Counted from the first letter of the stretch, positions 28,390 to 45,589 are shown. The stretch is DNA of 64,000 nucleotides from the human T2T-CHM13v2.0 reference genome, Homo sapiens (GCF_009914755.1 NC_060927.1); one strand, 5' to 3'. Made by a program: numbers and translations. Notes: generated by a model from the letters alone, not told the origin.

Positions 28390-28760
28390 CGTTGAAGCAG
28401 TTATTTGTCCTGGCCGCAGTGTGGGCTGGCAGTTCTTGCTGGCTGTTGGTTTGGAGGTCAGCTGGGTGGTTGGTCACGGTGCCTACACGTGGTCTCTCCA
28501 TGTGGCTTGTTTTCTCTCTGCATGATAGTTAAGATCTGAGAGGGAACCTCTCAAACACTAGCATTCCAAAAGACCCAGGGAAGTTCTAAGTTTTTATATG
28601 ACCCAGCCCAAAACGCCATCCCTCCATATTCTATTGAGGAGGATGAGTAACCAAAGCCAGCCCAGATCAGAGGGAGAGGAATGTGGCTCTACCTCTGGAT
28701 GTGAGGAGGAACGGCTCACATCCACAGCCGTTGGAAGCCATCTTTGTTTCTCCACCATAG
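28390..28760. mobile_element. MLT1 (MaLR) LTR fragment
   Basis: GGTGCCTACACGTGGTCTCTCCATGTGGCTTG...CCAGCCCAGATCAGAGGGAGAGGAATGTGGCTCTACCTCTGGATG. Confidence 0.65.
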
Positions 28761-29945
28761 TCCCCAGGCTCACACGATGTTGTCTTTTTCCCCCTTGGGA
28801 GTCCATATTCCTTTGGAAGTATAAGCTAATTTGACTAATAACGTACACTGGATAAAAATACTCATGAGTAAAAGTCTAAATATGTTATGGGTAAGCTCTA
28901 AAAGATGAAAATGGAATGCCCAAATTTCAAATCAATAGTAGAAATTTTGATCTATCTGTTGAAATATGGCAACATTTTAAAAATAAGAAAATGTGATAAA
29001 TAGAAAACAAAAAAGACTTTAGGAGAAATAGATCCTAATATAACAAGGATTCAATTAAATATAAATGGTGCAACTGCACCAAACGAAGACAGAGAGTCTC
29101 AGATTTTTTAAAAAGAATCCAGTAATGTCTATAGGAGACACAATTAAAGAGATGAAAATAAAAGAAACGAAGAGGAAAAAAATCAGGCAAATAAGGAACA
29201 AAGAACACAGCAACTTTAATATCAGAAGAGAAAAACAGGAATCAAGGCAAAAAAAAATCAAAAGGGACAAAAAGAGACATTTTACTTTGTTAAAAAGAAC
29301 AACGAATTGAGATATATCATGCTAATAATGAACATATGTTCACCTAAAATACAGCCTCGAATATATATAAAATAACAACTGAAAGAACTATGGAGAGATA
29401 TAGAGAACTCAAAAACTATGGCTGAAAATTGTAACACATTTGTCGTAGGAACTAATAGATCCAGACAACAAACATAAGCAAATGTATATGAAAGATATAT
29501 TTAAATAGATATAAAAATTTCCACCCAACAGAGACAAAATGTGTTATCTTTGAACACACATGGACCATTCACAAAATCAACCACGTATTAAGCACAAGTG
29601 AAGCCTCCCTAAATTAAATAAGAAATCAATATCATATAAACCCATTCTCTAACCATAATGTAATAAAACAAAAGCAGTAACAAGAGGAGGATGGCTTTTT
29701 AAAAAATTCCCACATATCTGAAAAAGGGAGAAAATTGCAAATAAGCAAAATATAGAGCAAAAAACAGAAAATCACTACAGGCATAATATAAAATTCCAAA
29801 GTAATCACTATTACAAACAACTGTTTAGTCTACAAATTTGGAATTCTGGACAAAGTAGATATATTTCTGGTAAAACATAAAATGCCAAAATTGGAACAAA
29901 AAGAAACAGAAACTTAAATAGATCAATAACGATTAAAGAAGTTAA

Positions 29946-32204
<2,259 letters not shown>

Positions 32205-33817
32205 AAAAGAAAAACTCATTATAGGCAAGTTGTTCAGAAACAAAGAAAAGAGAGAAAGCTGCCCTAGTTATTTTATGAAGCTAGAAAAATCTCAATCCCA
32301 AATTGGAGAAGAACAGGACAAGACAAGAACATCATCAAGCCATGTCACTTATGAATATAAATGCAAAGATTCTTAAACTAATATTTGTGAATCAAACCCA
32401 ACAGAATATTTTAAAACATAATGCATCTCATGATTCCACTAACATAAGAGTTAGAAGCAGACAAAGCTAACCAATGGTGTTAGAAGTCAAGGCGGTGGTT
32501 GCCCTTGGAGGGCAAGACCTGGGAAGGGGCTGAGAAGTTTCCAGACAGATGGTCATGTTGCTTCTTGATGGAGACGCTGCTTCCACTGTTGCATTCATTT
32601 ACCATTTCATCTCCCTTTTGTGTGCAAGTTACACCTTGATGAACAATTCCCTTTTTGAAAAAGTAGTTTACCTAATAGGATTTATGCAAGAAATTAAAAG
32701 AAAGTTTAATATTAGAATATTTATCAGTGAAATCCACCAATTAATAACCTAAGGGAAAAGTCACAGGATTATATCAATAGACACAGAAATGACTTTATTC
32801 ATGTCCAATTCCTATCTATGCATGATAAGAACACCAAGAAAAGTAATAGAAGGAAACTTCCTCAACCTGATAAAGGGTGTATACCCAAACCCAAAAGCCT
32901 TTATATATAGACATGTTAAATACATTCTCTTTAAAATTAGAAATCAATTAAGAATGCCTGACCAGGCACTTCTGTTCAGCACAGTGTGTCCTGGAAACAG
33001 TAGTAGGGAAATTGACTCATTATAAGTGGCAAAATAAAGTTAAATCCCTACTTTTGATCATATACTAAGGGAACTTCATATCCAAGGTATGTATTAATCA
33101 TTTACTAAGGTGAACCTAAATATAAAAGGTCAACCTAATAGAAAAAAACAATGTAAGAGAATATATTTGTAACTAAGGGCGGAGGAAGACCTCTTAAGAC
33201 ATAAAAGCACAAATCACAAAGTAGAAAAAAGATGGATTTGATTATATAAAAATGAAGCATTTTGTTGGATAAAGGCACACAAAGATAGAGTCAAGTGATA
33301 GACTGCAGAAGATATTTGCATTATCTAACATCCACGAATATACAAGAAATGTCTGCAGATTAACAACAAAATAATCAACCCAACAGCAAAAGGATAAGCG
33401 ATATGATTAGGCAACTCATAGCAAGGGAAACCCAAATAGTTCTTAAGTACATGGAGAGATGCTTAACTTCATTCGTAATCAGAAAATGCACATTAAAACA
33501 ATTACCCCACCACAGTGGTAAAAATTAGGAAGCCAGAAAAAACTCTGCATTGGCAAAGACACAGGAAATCAGGATGGTGCATGCATTGGGTGGGAGAGAA
33601 ACGGGTGCAGCCTTTCTGAAGAGCAATCAGGCAGCGTTTAGTGGAAATTAAGTGATGCAGCAAACCCATTCCTGGCTGCAGGCTCTTAAGAAATGTGAGC
33701 CGAGCTCCACAGGAGAATAAGTACAAAGATGTTCAACCAAGCATTGTTTAAGGAACCCAAGAGCTGGAGGCATCCTTCGTACTCATTGCCAGGGGACTGT
33801 TTAAGAAAACAGTGATA

Positions 33818-33950
33818 GGCTGGGCTCAGTGGCTCACGTCTGTAATCCCAACACTTCGGGAGGCCAAGGTGGGAGGACTGCTTGAGGCCAGAAGTTCAAG
33901 ACCAGCCTGAGCAACAGAGCAAGACCTCACTCTACAAAAAATTTAAAACT
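33818..33950 (+). mobile_element. FLAM / Alu left monomer
   Basis: GGCTGGGCTCAGTGGCTCACGTCTGTAATCCCAACACTTCGGGAGG...CTACAAAAAA with no right arm. Confidence 0.85.
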
Positions 33951-35048
33951 TAAAAAGAAAACAATGTTAGATGCTGTGTGAGAAATGCTATGCCACTACT
34001 AGAAGCAATAAATTGGATACACATATAGCTACCTAGACATGTTTTAAAACACGATCATTGAAAAATGTATTGCACTTGACACAAAACAACACTAAATATT
34101 TCATAAGGACTGATAACTATCCAAAGACAACTATCAAACAAACTCCTAAGTAAGTACCTACTTAGGAGTGGGAATTAGGAGGGAAAAGGGGAAATAATTA
34201 CTACAAAGTAAGAAAAGAGCATTGCATGGATGATAATAGCGGGCCGTGAAATGAAGAGTAATAAGTAACTTAATTTTTGCCTCTGGTGTCCAATAAATAA
34301 ATAATTAACTCAATATTGGCCCCTGGTTTCTAGTAAATACATACAGTCATTAATAAGTTAATTCTGTATGATAGCAATCAAAACCCAACAGAATTTTTCT
34401 GAGGAACTTGACAAGCTGATTCCTTCAGGTCATGTGGAAGGCACAGGAACAGCCCAGAATTAAAAATAATAACAGCAACAGGACATAGAAAGTTCAGGAA
34501 CCACTTGGTGACTATACGGGAATCTTGGACACAATAAAATTGGCATTCTACTTCACAGCATATGAGGTGATAAATTTCAGATAGATCAATATTCTGAACA
34601 TAAAGATTCCATAAAAGCACAGGCTTAAAATGTGGCACAAGCTCCGTAGAACTTGGAGCAGAAACGGCCTTTCTAAGCAATACCAAAGACTGAGACGCCA
34701 TAAAGGAAATCCTTTTGACGATATAAAATGGAAAGTTCTATAAGGGAAAAGACACCATAAACAAATTCAACACGAAAGACAGGCTGGGAGAAAATACAAC
34801 ATTTATTACGGGAAAAACATTAATACTCTAAAGAGATGTTTTTAGAAGTCCCTAATAAGCAAAAGACAGGCAACCCAGCAGAAACAATGGCAAAGGACAT
34901 AAACAGGAAATTTACTTGCAGAGAAAAATAAACAGCCCATAAACATATGAAAAGAAGCTCAATCTCACTAATTATGCAACTGCAAATTAAAATAAAAAAT
35001 CTAATTCCAGATTTTGCCCATTCGATTGGCAAAAACTATAAGAACTGA

Positions 35049-35429
<381 letters not shown>

Positions 35430-36009
35430 TAGAAAACTCCAGTAACCCAGAAAGACATTCTGCAAGCAAACGCCATGCCACCCAGAACAACCCCCAGCAT
35501 TTTTCTGAGCCTGACCACAGACTCCCTCTCTACAGATACACACACAAATGGATCTGTAGGGTTGCGTGTACGTCTGCATGTGTGAAGGTGCACTCACATG
35601 CATATGTGTGAATGGTAAACACAGTCTCACTGTGGGGTTCTCTGGACCTCTGGACCGCTTACTCAGCCTTGGATATTTCCCTTATTTGACCTGGACTCAA
35701 CACCAAATTAAACCCTAGCTCTCCAACAACTCCAAGAAGTGGTGACTTCCGAGCTCATGGGTGGGGAGCCTAGGCCCAAAATTGGCTAAGAAGACAAGCT
35801 ACTGAGGGGCCCAGAACAGGAGCGAAAGTGCCACACAAACAGGAGGCCAGGGGTGTGTGCCAGAGCTGGCAGTGAGAGGTGGGCCAGCTGAGATGCCTAT
35901 CAGAGGTAGTGCAGCTATCAGAGGGAGTGGGCAGGCCACTTCAGGATGGAAGCTGCCCCTGAGATGGCTAGTTGACTGGAAGGACCTTTTTCACTGTGTC
36001 CCACCTCTT

Positions 36010-36630
36010 CATGGCTGCACTTCACAACTGTTGGAGTTGAACCTGGAAAGTGACGCTCAAGGAAATGATTTTAAGTACCTTGCTTAAGCAAGGAGGAGGA
36101 GGAGGGGGAGAAGACCAGGAGAAAGAGAAGAGAAAAAGATAAAGAAGGAAGAGAAGGAAGAAAACCCTAATAATTTCCTGGTTTAAATAACGTTAAAAGT
36201 TCAAGGGCAGTCTTCCTTCAGGCACGGCTGAATCTCAGAGCTCACATGATACACCCTACGCATTTGCTTTCTTTTCCCCACCCATGCCTCCATGTCTTGG
36301 CTTTGTCTTCCTCTCCACAAGCTGTTGTCCATAGTACCAGACCCTGCTCTAACAACTAGGAAGACAGCAATTCTTTCCCATGGACTCTAACCAAAGTCCC
36401 GGGACTAGATCTCAGGGGCCAGGCTTGAGTCTCACGTTCATCCCTAATCACCAGGCCACGGGGTGAAGTGCTCTGAGAACCCCAGGCTGGTCCAGGTGGT
36501 GGACCCCTCCAGAGCTGGGGTGGCCTGGGAGCAGGGGCAGCTTAGCTCTATGGGAATCGCACTGAGTAGGGGAGGGGTGGCTCCCTAAAGGAAAAGCAAA
36601 GCATCGTTTCCAGAGCAGAGCTACAGGGGC
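36010..36630 (+). mobile_element. MLT1J/K-like MaLR LTR
   Basis: CTTCAGGCACGGCTGAATCTCAGAGCTCA...GGGTGGCTCCCTAAAGGAAAAGC. Confidence 0.5.
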
Positions 36631-37871
36631 CAAAACTGCAGGTGTCACCACCCATGATCCCTTCAGTCAGGGAGATCCTGACCCCACACTTAGCAGCTAC
36701 ATAACTCTAAACAAACTTCTTAATCTACTGATCCAGTGTTTACTGCTCAAGTGAGGATTTAAGATTCCATTTTGTATTATCAAGTGAAAACAAGGTATGG
36801 AAGGCCCACGCACAGTGCCTGGCACATAGTAGGTCCTCAGTTCATGTGAATCTCTCATGAGCCAAGCCACCTCCTTCCCCACCCCACCCCCACATTTCCC
36901 CTACACTCAGAGGCTGAAGGGGGCTGGGGGATGCAGCTCTTCCTAGCGGCCTTGTCTCCAGGGAATATAAACTCTATGATCAAGGGACATGTTCAGAAAA
37001 TGGAAATATTTGGCCAAGCCTTCAGAGATTTAATTAAAATTAATATTATGCCTTATCAAAGCAGAAAGCTCAACGCTGTGCATGTAGAACAATCTATTTA
37101 ACCAATTAGCCGAGGCAAACATGACTGTCCAGCCTTCAGCAAGGCCGTCCACACCTACTCTTGGGCCACAGTTGCTGCTAATGCCATGTGCTCAGACAAG
37201 TGGGCCAGCTTAAGGCTGAGTGATGATGCAGCAGGAGGAGGCTTCCAGAGAGACTCAGGGGTGAGCATGGGGGATGTGAGCTTGCCGGGGCCCAGCCCGC
37301 CCATCCAGTGCCCATCCTGACCCACCTTAGTATTAATGCTAGGTGAGCATTCACATGATGATCATGGACCAGCTGTGTGATCTTGGGCAGGTGACTGAAC
37401 CTTTCTGGGCACCCAGCTATGGTGAAGATCAGCAATAACAGGCATACAATGGACACACCAAACTGGCTTGCCACAGGCTGAATTTGGCCCAGGATTTTAA
37501 CATTTTTCACATATGCATTTTCCACTCAAGTTTGCTCACAATGTCTTCAAGGTTTTTCTAATCAGATTTCCTACCAATCAAAATGGCAAAAATCCCAAAT
37601 TTATTAATACACTGTGGTGGCCAAGGAGTGGGGAAACAGGCACGCTTATATCTTGTTGGTGGGAGTGTAAATTGATACAACCCTAATGAAGGGAAATTTG
37701 GCAGTATCTATAAAAGTTACAAATTGTGATATTTAATCATTTTGAGGAATTTATCCCATAGATTTACTTGTACATGAACAAAACTAGATATGCAGTGATG
37801 TTCATCATTACTCTTTTTGTGATAGCACAAGACTGGAAACAACTCATGTCTTCATCAACAGGGGATGGACT

Positions 37872-38002
37872 TAGGGGTGTCAGATGATATACAGGATGCC
37901 CATTTAAATTTGAACTTCAGATAAACAATGAATGCTTGTTTAGGAAAATAGGTGCATTCATGCCTTATTCCTGTATTCTTATTGCTAAATATGAGAACTC
38001 TA
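37872..38002. mobile_element. MER53 hAT-type MITE (internally deleted)
   Basis: TAGGGGTGTCAGATGATATACAGGATGCCCATTTAAATTTGAACTTCAGATAAACAATGAAT...GCTAAATATGAGAACTCTA, with a degenerate 8-bp TSD (GATGGACT/GGTGGATT). Confidence 0.75.
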
Positions 38003-38014
38003 GGTGGATTAAAT

Positions 38015-38230
38015 CAGGATTTCTCAGCCTCTGTACTATTGGACATTTTGGACAGAAAAATCTGTTTTGTGGGGATCATTCTGTGCATTGTAGGAGGTTT
38101 AGCAGCAACCTTGGTCTCTACCTACTAAATGACAGTATACACAGACACACACACACACACCGCACTGGTGACTGTCAAATGTGCCTCCTGACATTGTCAG
38201 GGCAAAATCTCCCCTGAGTGAGAACCACTG
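38015..38230 (-). mobile_element. MER20 DNA transposon
   Basis: CAGGATTTCTCAGCCTC...GTGCATTGTAGGAGGTTTAGCAGCA...GGGCAAAATCTCCCCTGAGTGAGAACCACTG. Confidence 0.85.
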
Positions 38231-38380
38231 GGTTAAGTCAACTGGTACCTCCACACAGTAGAATACTATGCAGCTGTTAGGGTGGAAAGAGGAAGCTCTC
38301 TGAGTACTGATAAGAAAAGGGCTCCAGGACCTGTTATCAAGTAAAATAAGAAAGGTACAGAATAGCACATATATACCAGC

Positions 38381-38789
38381 TGCTACGGTTTCAATATCCC
38401 CTCTAAAACTTGTGTTGAAATTTAATCCCCAATGCGGCAGTACTGAGAGGTGGAGCCTTTAAGAGGTGATTGGATCATGCAGTCTCTGCCTTCATGAATG
38501 GATTAATCCATTTGTGGATTAATGGATTAATGGGCTAAGGGATTAATGTGTTCTCGTGAGAGTGGGACTAGTAGAGGAAGTGCGGCCTGAGATCGCATGC
38601 TCAACCCCCTTGCCACGTGAGGCCCTGCAGGACTCTGCAGAGTGTCCGCTGCAGCAAGAAGGCCCTTACCAGATGCGGCCCCTCCACCTCGGATTTTTCA
38701 GCCTCCAGAACTATGGAAACAAATTCATCTTTTTAAATTGCCCAGCTTCAGGTATTCTATTTATAAGCAGCAGAAAATCGACAAGGACA
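38381..38789 (+). mobile_element. MSTB-type MaLR solo LTR
   Basis: TGCTACGGTTTCAATATCCCCTCTAAAACTTGTGTTGAAATTTAATCCCCAATGCGGCAGTACTGAGAGGTGG...AGGACA, flanked by CCAGC/CCACC (degenerate 5-bp TSD). Confidence 0.85.
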
Positions 38790-40881
38790 CCACCTCTTTC
38801 ATATAAAAGAATGGAGGAGCAGTCACTGGGCACAGGAGACAGGGAGGGATGAGGGCTCTTGCCTGTCTATACACATAATCTAGTCAACAAATTAAGAGAA
38901 AGCGGATTTGGTTGCTAACACTTAAAAAAATGAGAGATTATACATTAAAAGCTCAGACCTGCAAGTTTTTCTGAGAAGTCCAAGTCTGAACCACCGGGAC
39001 CGTGTTCTTGGAATCAGTTGACTGAAGCTAAAAATGGGATACATTGCACACCTCACCTGCCATGGTTTATGTACCAGCAGGGGCCCTGGGGATGGGAATT
39101 CAAGACCCTGCTCACAGTATGCCCTCCGTGAATGGGAGCTTCTGCAGCCAAGTGAATCAGGGAGTGGTCTTTGCACCCAGGTCATAAAAACACAGGACAT
39201 GAATCCTGACCACTGCCCTGGTACCGAGGAGGCCAGGCCCCCTGCCCCAAGCACCACTCAGCACCAGGATACCTCATCTCAGAAGTTAAAGTAGCTTAAG
39301 GTGGGAAGGACTCAGATCAAAGCCTCGTTCCTTGTCCTCACCTGGCTCTGCAGTGTCACCTTGGGGGAGCAGCTGCCCCTCTAGGCCCTGGGCCTCAGGT
39401 GTCCCATTGCAAGTAGCTTCATCACTCTCACGGAGTCTAAGTCATGGAATGAGCTCATCCCTCCCTGGGGGCTTCCTGGCTCCATCTCCTCGCACCTGGG
39501 CTGGAGTACACAGTGTGGGAGAGGGGACCGGGCAAATGGGGCCACACTATCTCTTAACCCCCAAGTGCTATTGTTGGGGGGAAAGGGAGGAGCTGGGGAA
39601 ACATTGTCCAAAAGATGTGCTACCCTTTAAAATGTCCCAAAGATAGACATTCATTAGTTGTTGTTTATAACAGCAATTTTAAAAAGAAAGAAAAAGAAGA
39701 GAGAGAGAGAAAACAGAGAAGAGCAAAAAATAAATTCTGGAGTTCCCTTAGAAAATGAATTATCAAACAACTGTAAACATCATGCTTTCACAGCCTTTTA
39801 AGACAGGAAAACGCTCATGGCAAGCTAATTGGAAGGTCAGTGTGATGCCAATTTTGTAAAATACACCTATTTTAAGGCCAGTCACACATTTGCCGGGTTA
39901 GAATTTCTGTTTGTTACGTGTTAGCTCTGTGGCCTTGGGAAGGTTCCCTGAACCTTCTATGTCCCAGTTCCTTTATCTGTGAAATGGGGATAATAAAACA
40001 GTAACTCCTTCGAGAAGTTGCTGGTAGGAGAAAGGAGATAAGCATGCGTGACCGTAGCCGGCACTGTGCAAATGCCAGTTACAGTGCTGCCAGGAGGAAA
40101 GGCCCGGAGGGAGCGCACACAAGTCACTGGGATTGGGGTGATTTGGGTTACCTTGTTCCCTTTCCAACTTTTCATCTTTCTGCCCTGAATATGGATTTAT
40201 TATCTTAAGAACCAGGAGAAGGCAAAGTTTTGGGTTGATCTCTCCCAAAGCCAGCCCTAGACAAGGGCCCCAGTGGAGGGTGTCACTGGGGATGGACCAG
40301 GCACACCAGCAGGGAGAGGGTGTGAGTCTGGGAAGGCGAGGGCCAGCACAGAGATCACTGCCAGTCACCCCAGTGGACAGCTGGTGCCTGACGCAGCACA
40401 GAGCTGAGTTATCCCCAGGGGCCAGGGAGCTGAGCATCAACACCTAGCCCCTTGATCAGGGCCTGCTCAGGGACACGGATTCCCCACTTCAGGCAAGCCA
40501 CAGGCCCGAGTGCACAGCCACAGCTAGACTCAGGCTGGGGAGTCAGACAGAGGCAGGTGTACTGGGGGGCGCCACAGCATCTAGCACACACCAAAATAAG
40601 GAACCCCAAGGAGGGAGTGACCAACCACAGGACGCAGGGATGTTCAGAGACCAAGCTCATTCGCTGCTTGTGTTGTTGCAGGAGTTGCTTTGGAAAACCC
40701 TGAACCCCAGGAGAAACTCCCACCATACCCCCTTAGCCAACACCAAGACCCTGACAGGACCCAGACTCGAGGCTGGACCTGGTCGAGGGCTGTCTCCTGA
40801 GGTGGTTCATGTGAGTGGCCCGGAGGGAGAACACCTGCCAGTGCCCACAGGTTTGAGGCCTGCGGCCCGATCGCCCTCTGA

Positions 40882-41430
<549 letters not shown>

Positions 41431-42639
41431 TAGGCATTTTTAGAAAAATGGGATAACCTTACCAAAAATAACTTAGAATTAGAGTGGCCACCCTGGAATC
41501 TACCACACACCTACCATACCAGGGCCCACTGCTCCCCACTCCAGACCCTTCTGCTGCAGGCTCTGGCCTAGCCTGCAGGCCTCCTCCCTACCCCAGCCCT
41601 TCCACCTGACGACCCAGTGACCAAGTGGACGACCCATGCCAAGTCCAGCACCCTGGGCTCTCAGGATCTCAATCCTCCACTCCATCCCAGCCTCCCAGGC
41701 CCTCAGCCACACCTTTAGGGTCAGCACCAGAAACCTACTGGATCTCCAACCAAATACCAGTTCTCCCTGATTGCTTTCATCCAAGCTCCACCATACCTAT
41801 TCCTCCCCTTTGCAGAAACTCTCCCCCAATGGGAAGCTGTGAATCGTAGGGGTGGGCTCTGGAGCTGGACTGCCTGGGTTCAAATCCCACCTGCGCCAAT
41901 GACTGGCTGTGTGACCTTTCTGTGCCTCGATTTCTTTATGTACAAAAGGCCTGAGGATGGCTCATCTTCATTCATTCAATAGTTGCTGAGTACCTGCCGT
42001 GTATCAGCCCCAGGACTGGGAACTGGGCATGAACCACGTAAAAGGAGACAAAACCCTTGTCCTCACGGAGGGAGAAACAACAGAACATGATAATTAAAAT
42101 ACACAACATAGCAAAGAGTGGTGGTTAAGCACTTGCAGCAAGACCAGGCTGGCCCTGACTGACCCAGCCAGAGCAGACACAACGAGCCACTTTTAGATTC
42201 TGACAGTGTGTGACCTGCATGGACAATGAAAGGAAGAGTCAGGGACAGTGTCATGTCCAGGGTCCCTGTCCTGCACACCTAAAATGATGCCACCAAAGCC
42301 AAGGGCCTGGACGACCACAGTCCGAGTTGGGTCTGAGTTGTGGGACACCCCATCACCGAGGAACCTGACACAGCTTGACTGCAGTTAAGTGGCTTTGAAT
42401 TCCACAGCTCTATTCTGCTGGGGACCCAGGAGGCACTGCGGAGCTGCCTCAGCACTGCCTCCCAGGGGAGAGGCCTCCATCCTCCGGTGTTCCAGGAGGA
42501 CTGCAGGGTGTCGTGCCAAGCTGGGTTAGGCTGTGGTTCAAGGGTGGGAACCTTTGCTGCGTGGCCCTGTGGCTGCATGCAGGGCGCCAAGGCGGAGCCG
42601 TTCCCTTATGCAGGGATGGAGGTGGTGTTATCTTTTTAA

Positions 42640-43280
42640 ATTGGATGCCCAGAGAAGGCTTCACTGAGAAGGTAAGCTTGAGCAAATGCCTGAGTGAAGT
42701 GAAGAAGCAGGTTATGTGAGTATCTGGGAGAAGATGGTCCCAGGCAGAGGGAACAGCAGGATGCAAGGCCCTGAGGCAGGGTGGGGCTACATACCTGTGG
42801 AAAGGGAAGAAGTCACAGTGGCCAGGGTGGAGTCAGGAGTGGGAGGAGAGGCAAGAGCCAGTCATGCAGCGACAGGTGCCTAAACATGTCGAGCCCTGAG
42901 GGCCAATGTTGGGACTGAATTCTACTCCGAATAAGGTGAGAATCGGTATGGGGCTTAGGGAATAGACTGAGGGGCAAGGAGATGCCTCAGGAGCTTTCAC
43001 AACAGTCCAGGCAAGACATAATGTCACTTGGTCCAGAGTGAAGGAGCAGAAGTGGTCTGATTCTGCTAATATTTTGAAGGTGGAGATGACAAGCTCTGGG
43101 TGGGGGATCATAAGAGACAAAGAGCCAAGAATAACACCAGGTTTTTGGCCTAAGCAGTCAGAAGGAAGAATGATGGGAAAGGCTGCAGAAGAAGCAGGAT
43201 GGGGAGAGGTCAGGGGCTTGGTTTGGGACCTGTTGAGTTTGAGGCTCCCAACTGACCTTCAAGTGCTTGTCACATCGGCA
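42640..43280 (-). mobile_element. L2 LINE fragment
   Basis: AGAGAAGGCTTCACTGAGAAGG...CAGGCAGAGGGAACAGCAGGATGCAAGGCCCTGAGGCAGG...TTTGAAGGTGGAG. Confidence 0.75.
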
Positions 43281-43719
43281 GGAGGCAGGGTCATGGACTA
43301 GAGTGGACACAGGCCCAGGGTACAGCAAGGGCCAGGTGTGCAGCAGTCACCCGCAAAGGTGAGTTCCTTCTCCTGTTGACAGGTCTACTTTCTTACCTGT
43401 TAGAGGAAAGTGTCTCTTTCTCTCTTTCCCTCTTACATTCCAGGATCCATGATTCAACCACCCCCCTCGCTCTTGCCCTATCATCCTGCCATTGTACCTC
43501 CCATCTGGCAAGAACTCCAGCCTCAATGGATTCATCTGCCTGCCTGCTCTGTGCCTGTGCCAGACTGTGGGACACTGTTGGAAAGCATCAGACCACGCGG
43601 GGGACTGGTGCCACCATGCATGCCCTGGGAATTGTAGGCACTCCCTCACCACCCACACCCACCAAGTTCAGGCACTCTGACTCCTTCTTGTATCTCTTAT
43701 CCATAGCTCTCCTCCATCC

Positions 43720-44529
43720 CCACTGGCTAAATAATAGCCACCAAAGTTGTCCATGCCCACACTGGAGTGGTGGTGCATGTCTGTAATATCAGCTACTTGG
43801 AAGGCTGAGGCAGGAGGATCGCTTGAGGCCAGGAGCTAGAGACCAGCCTGGGCAACACAGTGAGGCCCCATCTCTAAAAATGGTTTTAAAAATATTCACC
43901 AGGCATGGTATTGCATGCCTGTAGTCCCAGCTACTAGGGAGGATGAGGCAAGAGGATCCCTTGAGCTTGGGAATTTGAGGATACAGGGAGCTATGATTGC
44001 ACCACTGCACTCCAGCCTGGATGACAGAGTGAGACCCCATCTCTAAAAAACAAACAGCTGAAAGATGTCTGTGTCCTAATCCCTGGAACCTGAGAATATA
44101 CCAACTTACGTGCGAACAAGATTTTGCAGATGTGATTAAGTCAGGGATTTTGAAATGAAGAGCTTATCCTGGGTTATCCAGGTGGCCTCAATGCAACCAC
44201 AAGGGTCCTTATAAGAGGGAGGCAGGAAGATCAGAATCAGGGAGAAGAGATGTGATGACGGAAGCAGAGGCTGGAGTAATGAGATTTGAAGACGGAAAAG
44301 AGGCCACAAGCCAAGAAATGCAAGTGGCCTCTAGAAGCTGGAAAAGCTATGAAAACAGATTCTCCCCTAGAGTTACCACAAAGGAAGGCGACTTGGCCAA
44401 CACCTTGATTCTAGTCCAGTGAGGCCCATTTCAGACTTCCGACCTGCAGAGCTATAAGGCAATAAGCTGGTGTTGTTTTAAGCGTGGAGTTTGTGGCAAT
44501 TTGCTATAGCAGCCTAGGAAACTAACACA
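43720..44529 (+). mobile_element. MLT1D-type MaLR LTR, interrupted near its 5' end by an AluJ
   Basis: AAAGATGTCTGTGTCCTAATCCCTGGAACCTG...GCAGCCTAGGAAACTAACACA. The similar 16-mers AAAGTTGTCCATGCCC and AAAGATGTCTGTGTCC flank the Alu. Confidence 0.85.
43762..44055 (+). mobile_element. AluJ
   Basis: Dimeric diverged Alu (GGAGGATCGCTTGAGGCCAGGAG; GGAGCTATGATTGCACCACTGCACTCCAGCCTGG). Confidence 0.88.
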
Positions 44530-44718
44530 TTCTGCATTAGGTCAGACGCATCTTCTCCCACCTGGCCTACCACACCAGCCTCTTGCCAGAGCTCTATTGC
44601 AAGTCATTTTGGTCCGCTGCTGTCAGAGGATCCTGCGAAAGCCCGATCCTATCAACCGTTTTCTTATAATCAAGCCTCCCCACCACCTTTCAGCTCTTCA
44701 GTATGCCATCTAAGATTT

Positions 44719-45004
44719 CATGACCTGGCTCTCCTGCCTTCCCCTCAGCCCATTGCTCGTCACTCCCCTAGCGTTAAGGAGGGCTCTTGCTATGGTAAAA
44801 AGCATAATCTCATCTCACACAGGCATAAATAAAAGGGAAGTGATCTATTGGCTACTGTGCCAGAAAGGCCTTGGGACTTCTGGCACAGCTGGATCCAGGA
44901 ACAGTGCCAGGAATTCATCTTTTGCCACTTCTGAGCTACACCTCCCTCTACTGTTGGCCTCATTCTCAGGCAGGCTCTCTCCTCAAGGTGAAAATACAGC
45001 CCCC
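44719..45004 (+). repeat. Dispersed direct repeat, copy B (L2 flank plus 5' part of an MLT1J/K-like LTR that continues to ~45290)
   Basis: About 91% identical to 25264-25547. MLT-like sequence continues downstream only in this copy. Confidence 0.9.
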
Positions 45005-45589
45005 ACTGCCCTGCGGCTTGAAGCTTTCATTCTACCAGCTAAGCCACCCCCATAGCTCCAGCAAAAGTCTCAGGCATAGCATGCATTAATTGTGATTGGC
45101 TCTGCTTGAGTCATGTGTCCATGCAGCCAGAGAGATGCAAGTCTCTCATTGGCTAGGGCTCAGTCATATGCCCATACGTGGACCCAGGGGGCGGAGCCAG
45201 ACCTTCCCCAATCACATAGACTGTGGATGAGAGAGAGTGGGTTCCTAAAAGAAAATTAAGAAGAGAAATAGGTACTGAGGAGGCAGGAATGACAATGCCC
45301 CTTCCACACACCCGGAGTCTCAGCCCCATCCCACGCTAGTCTTTGCCCAAATGTACCACGCTCCCTCCTTACTCTCTGCCAATCTCTCTGCCTCAAATGT
45401 TCCTCTTCCTCTCCTTGCCTTCCCTGTACCTTCTCCAGGAAGCCTCTCTGACCCCCAGACCTTGCCTGCTGTCTCCTTTGAGCTGTCACAGTCCAGTGCT
45501 TCTCCCTGGCTCTCCAGGACACACTGACACCATGTGAATGGCTGACTCCCACTGGTCCGCCTCCTACCCCAGTGGCAAACATGGTGGTT

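Larger units (their letters stand above)
37560..38380 (+). mobile_element. Old L1ME-like 3' fragment interrupted by MER53 and MER20
   Basis: GTGGGAGTGTAAATTGATACAACC...TTTGGCAGTATCT...CACAGTAGAATACTATGCAGCTGTT. Confidence 0.7.
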
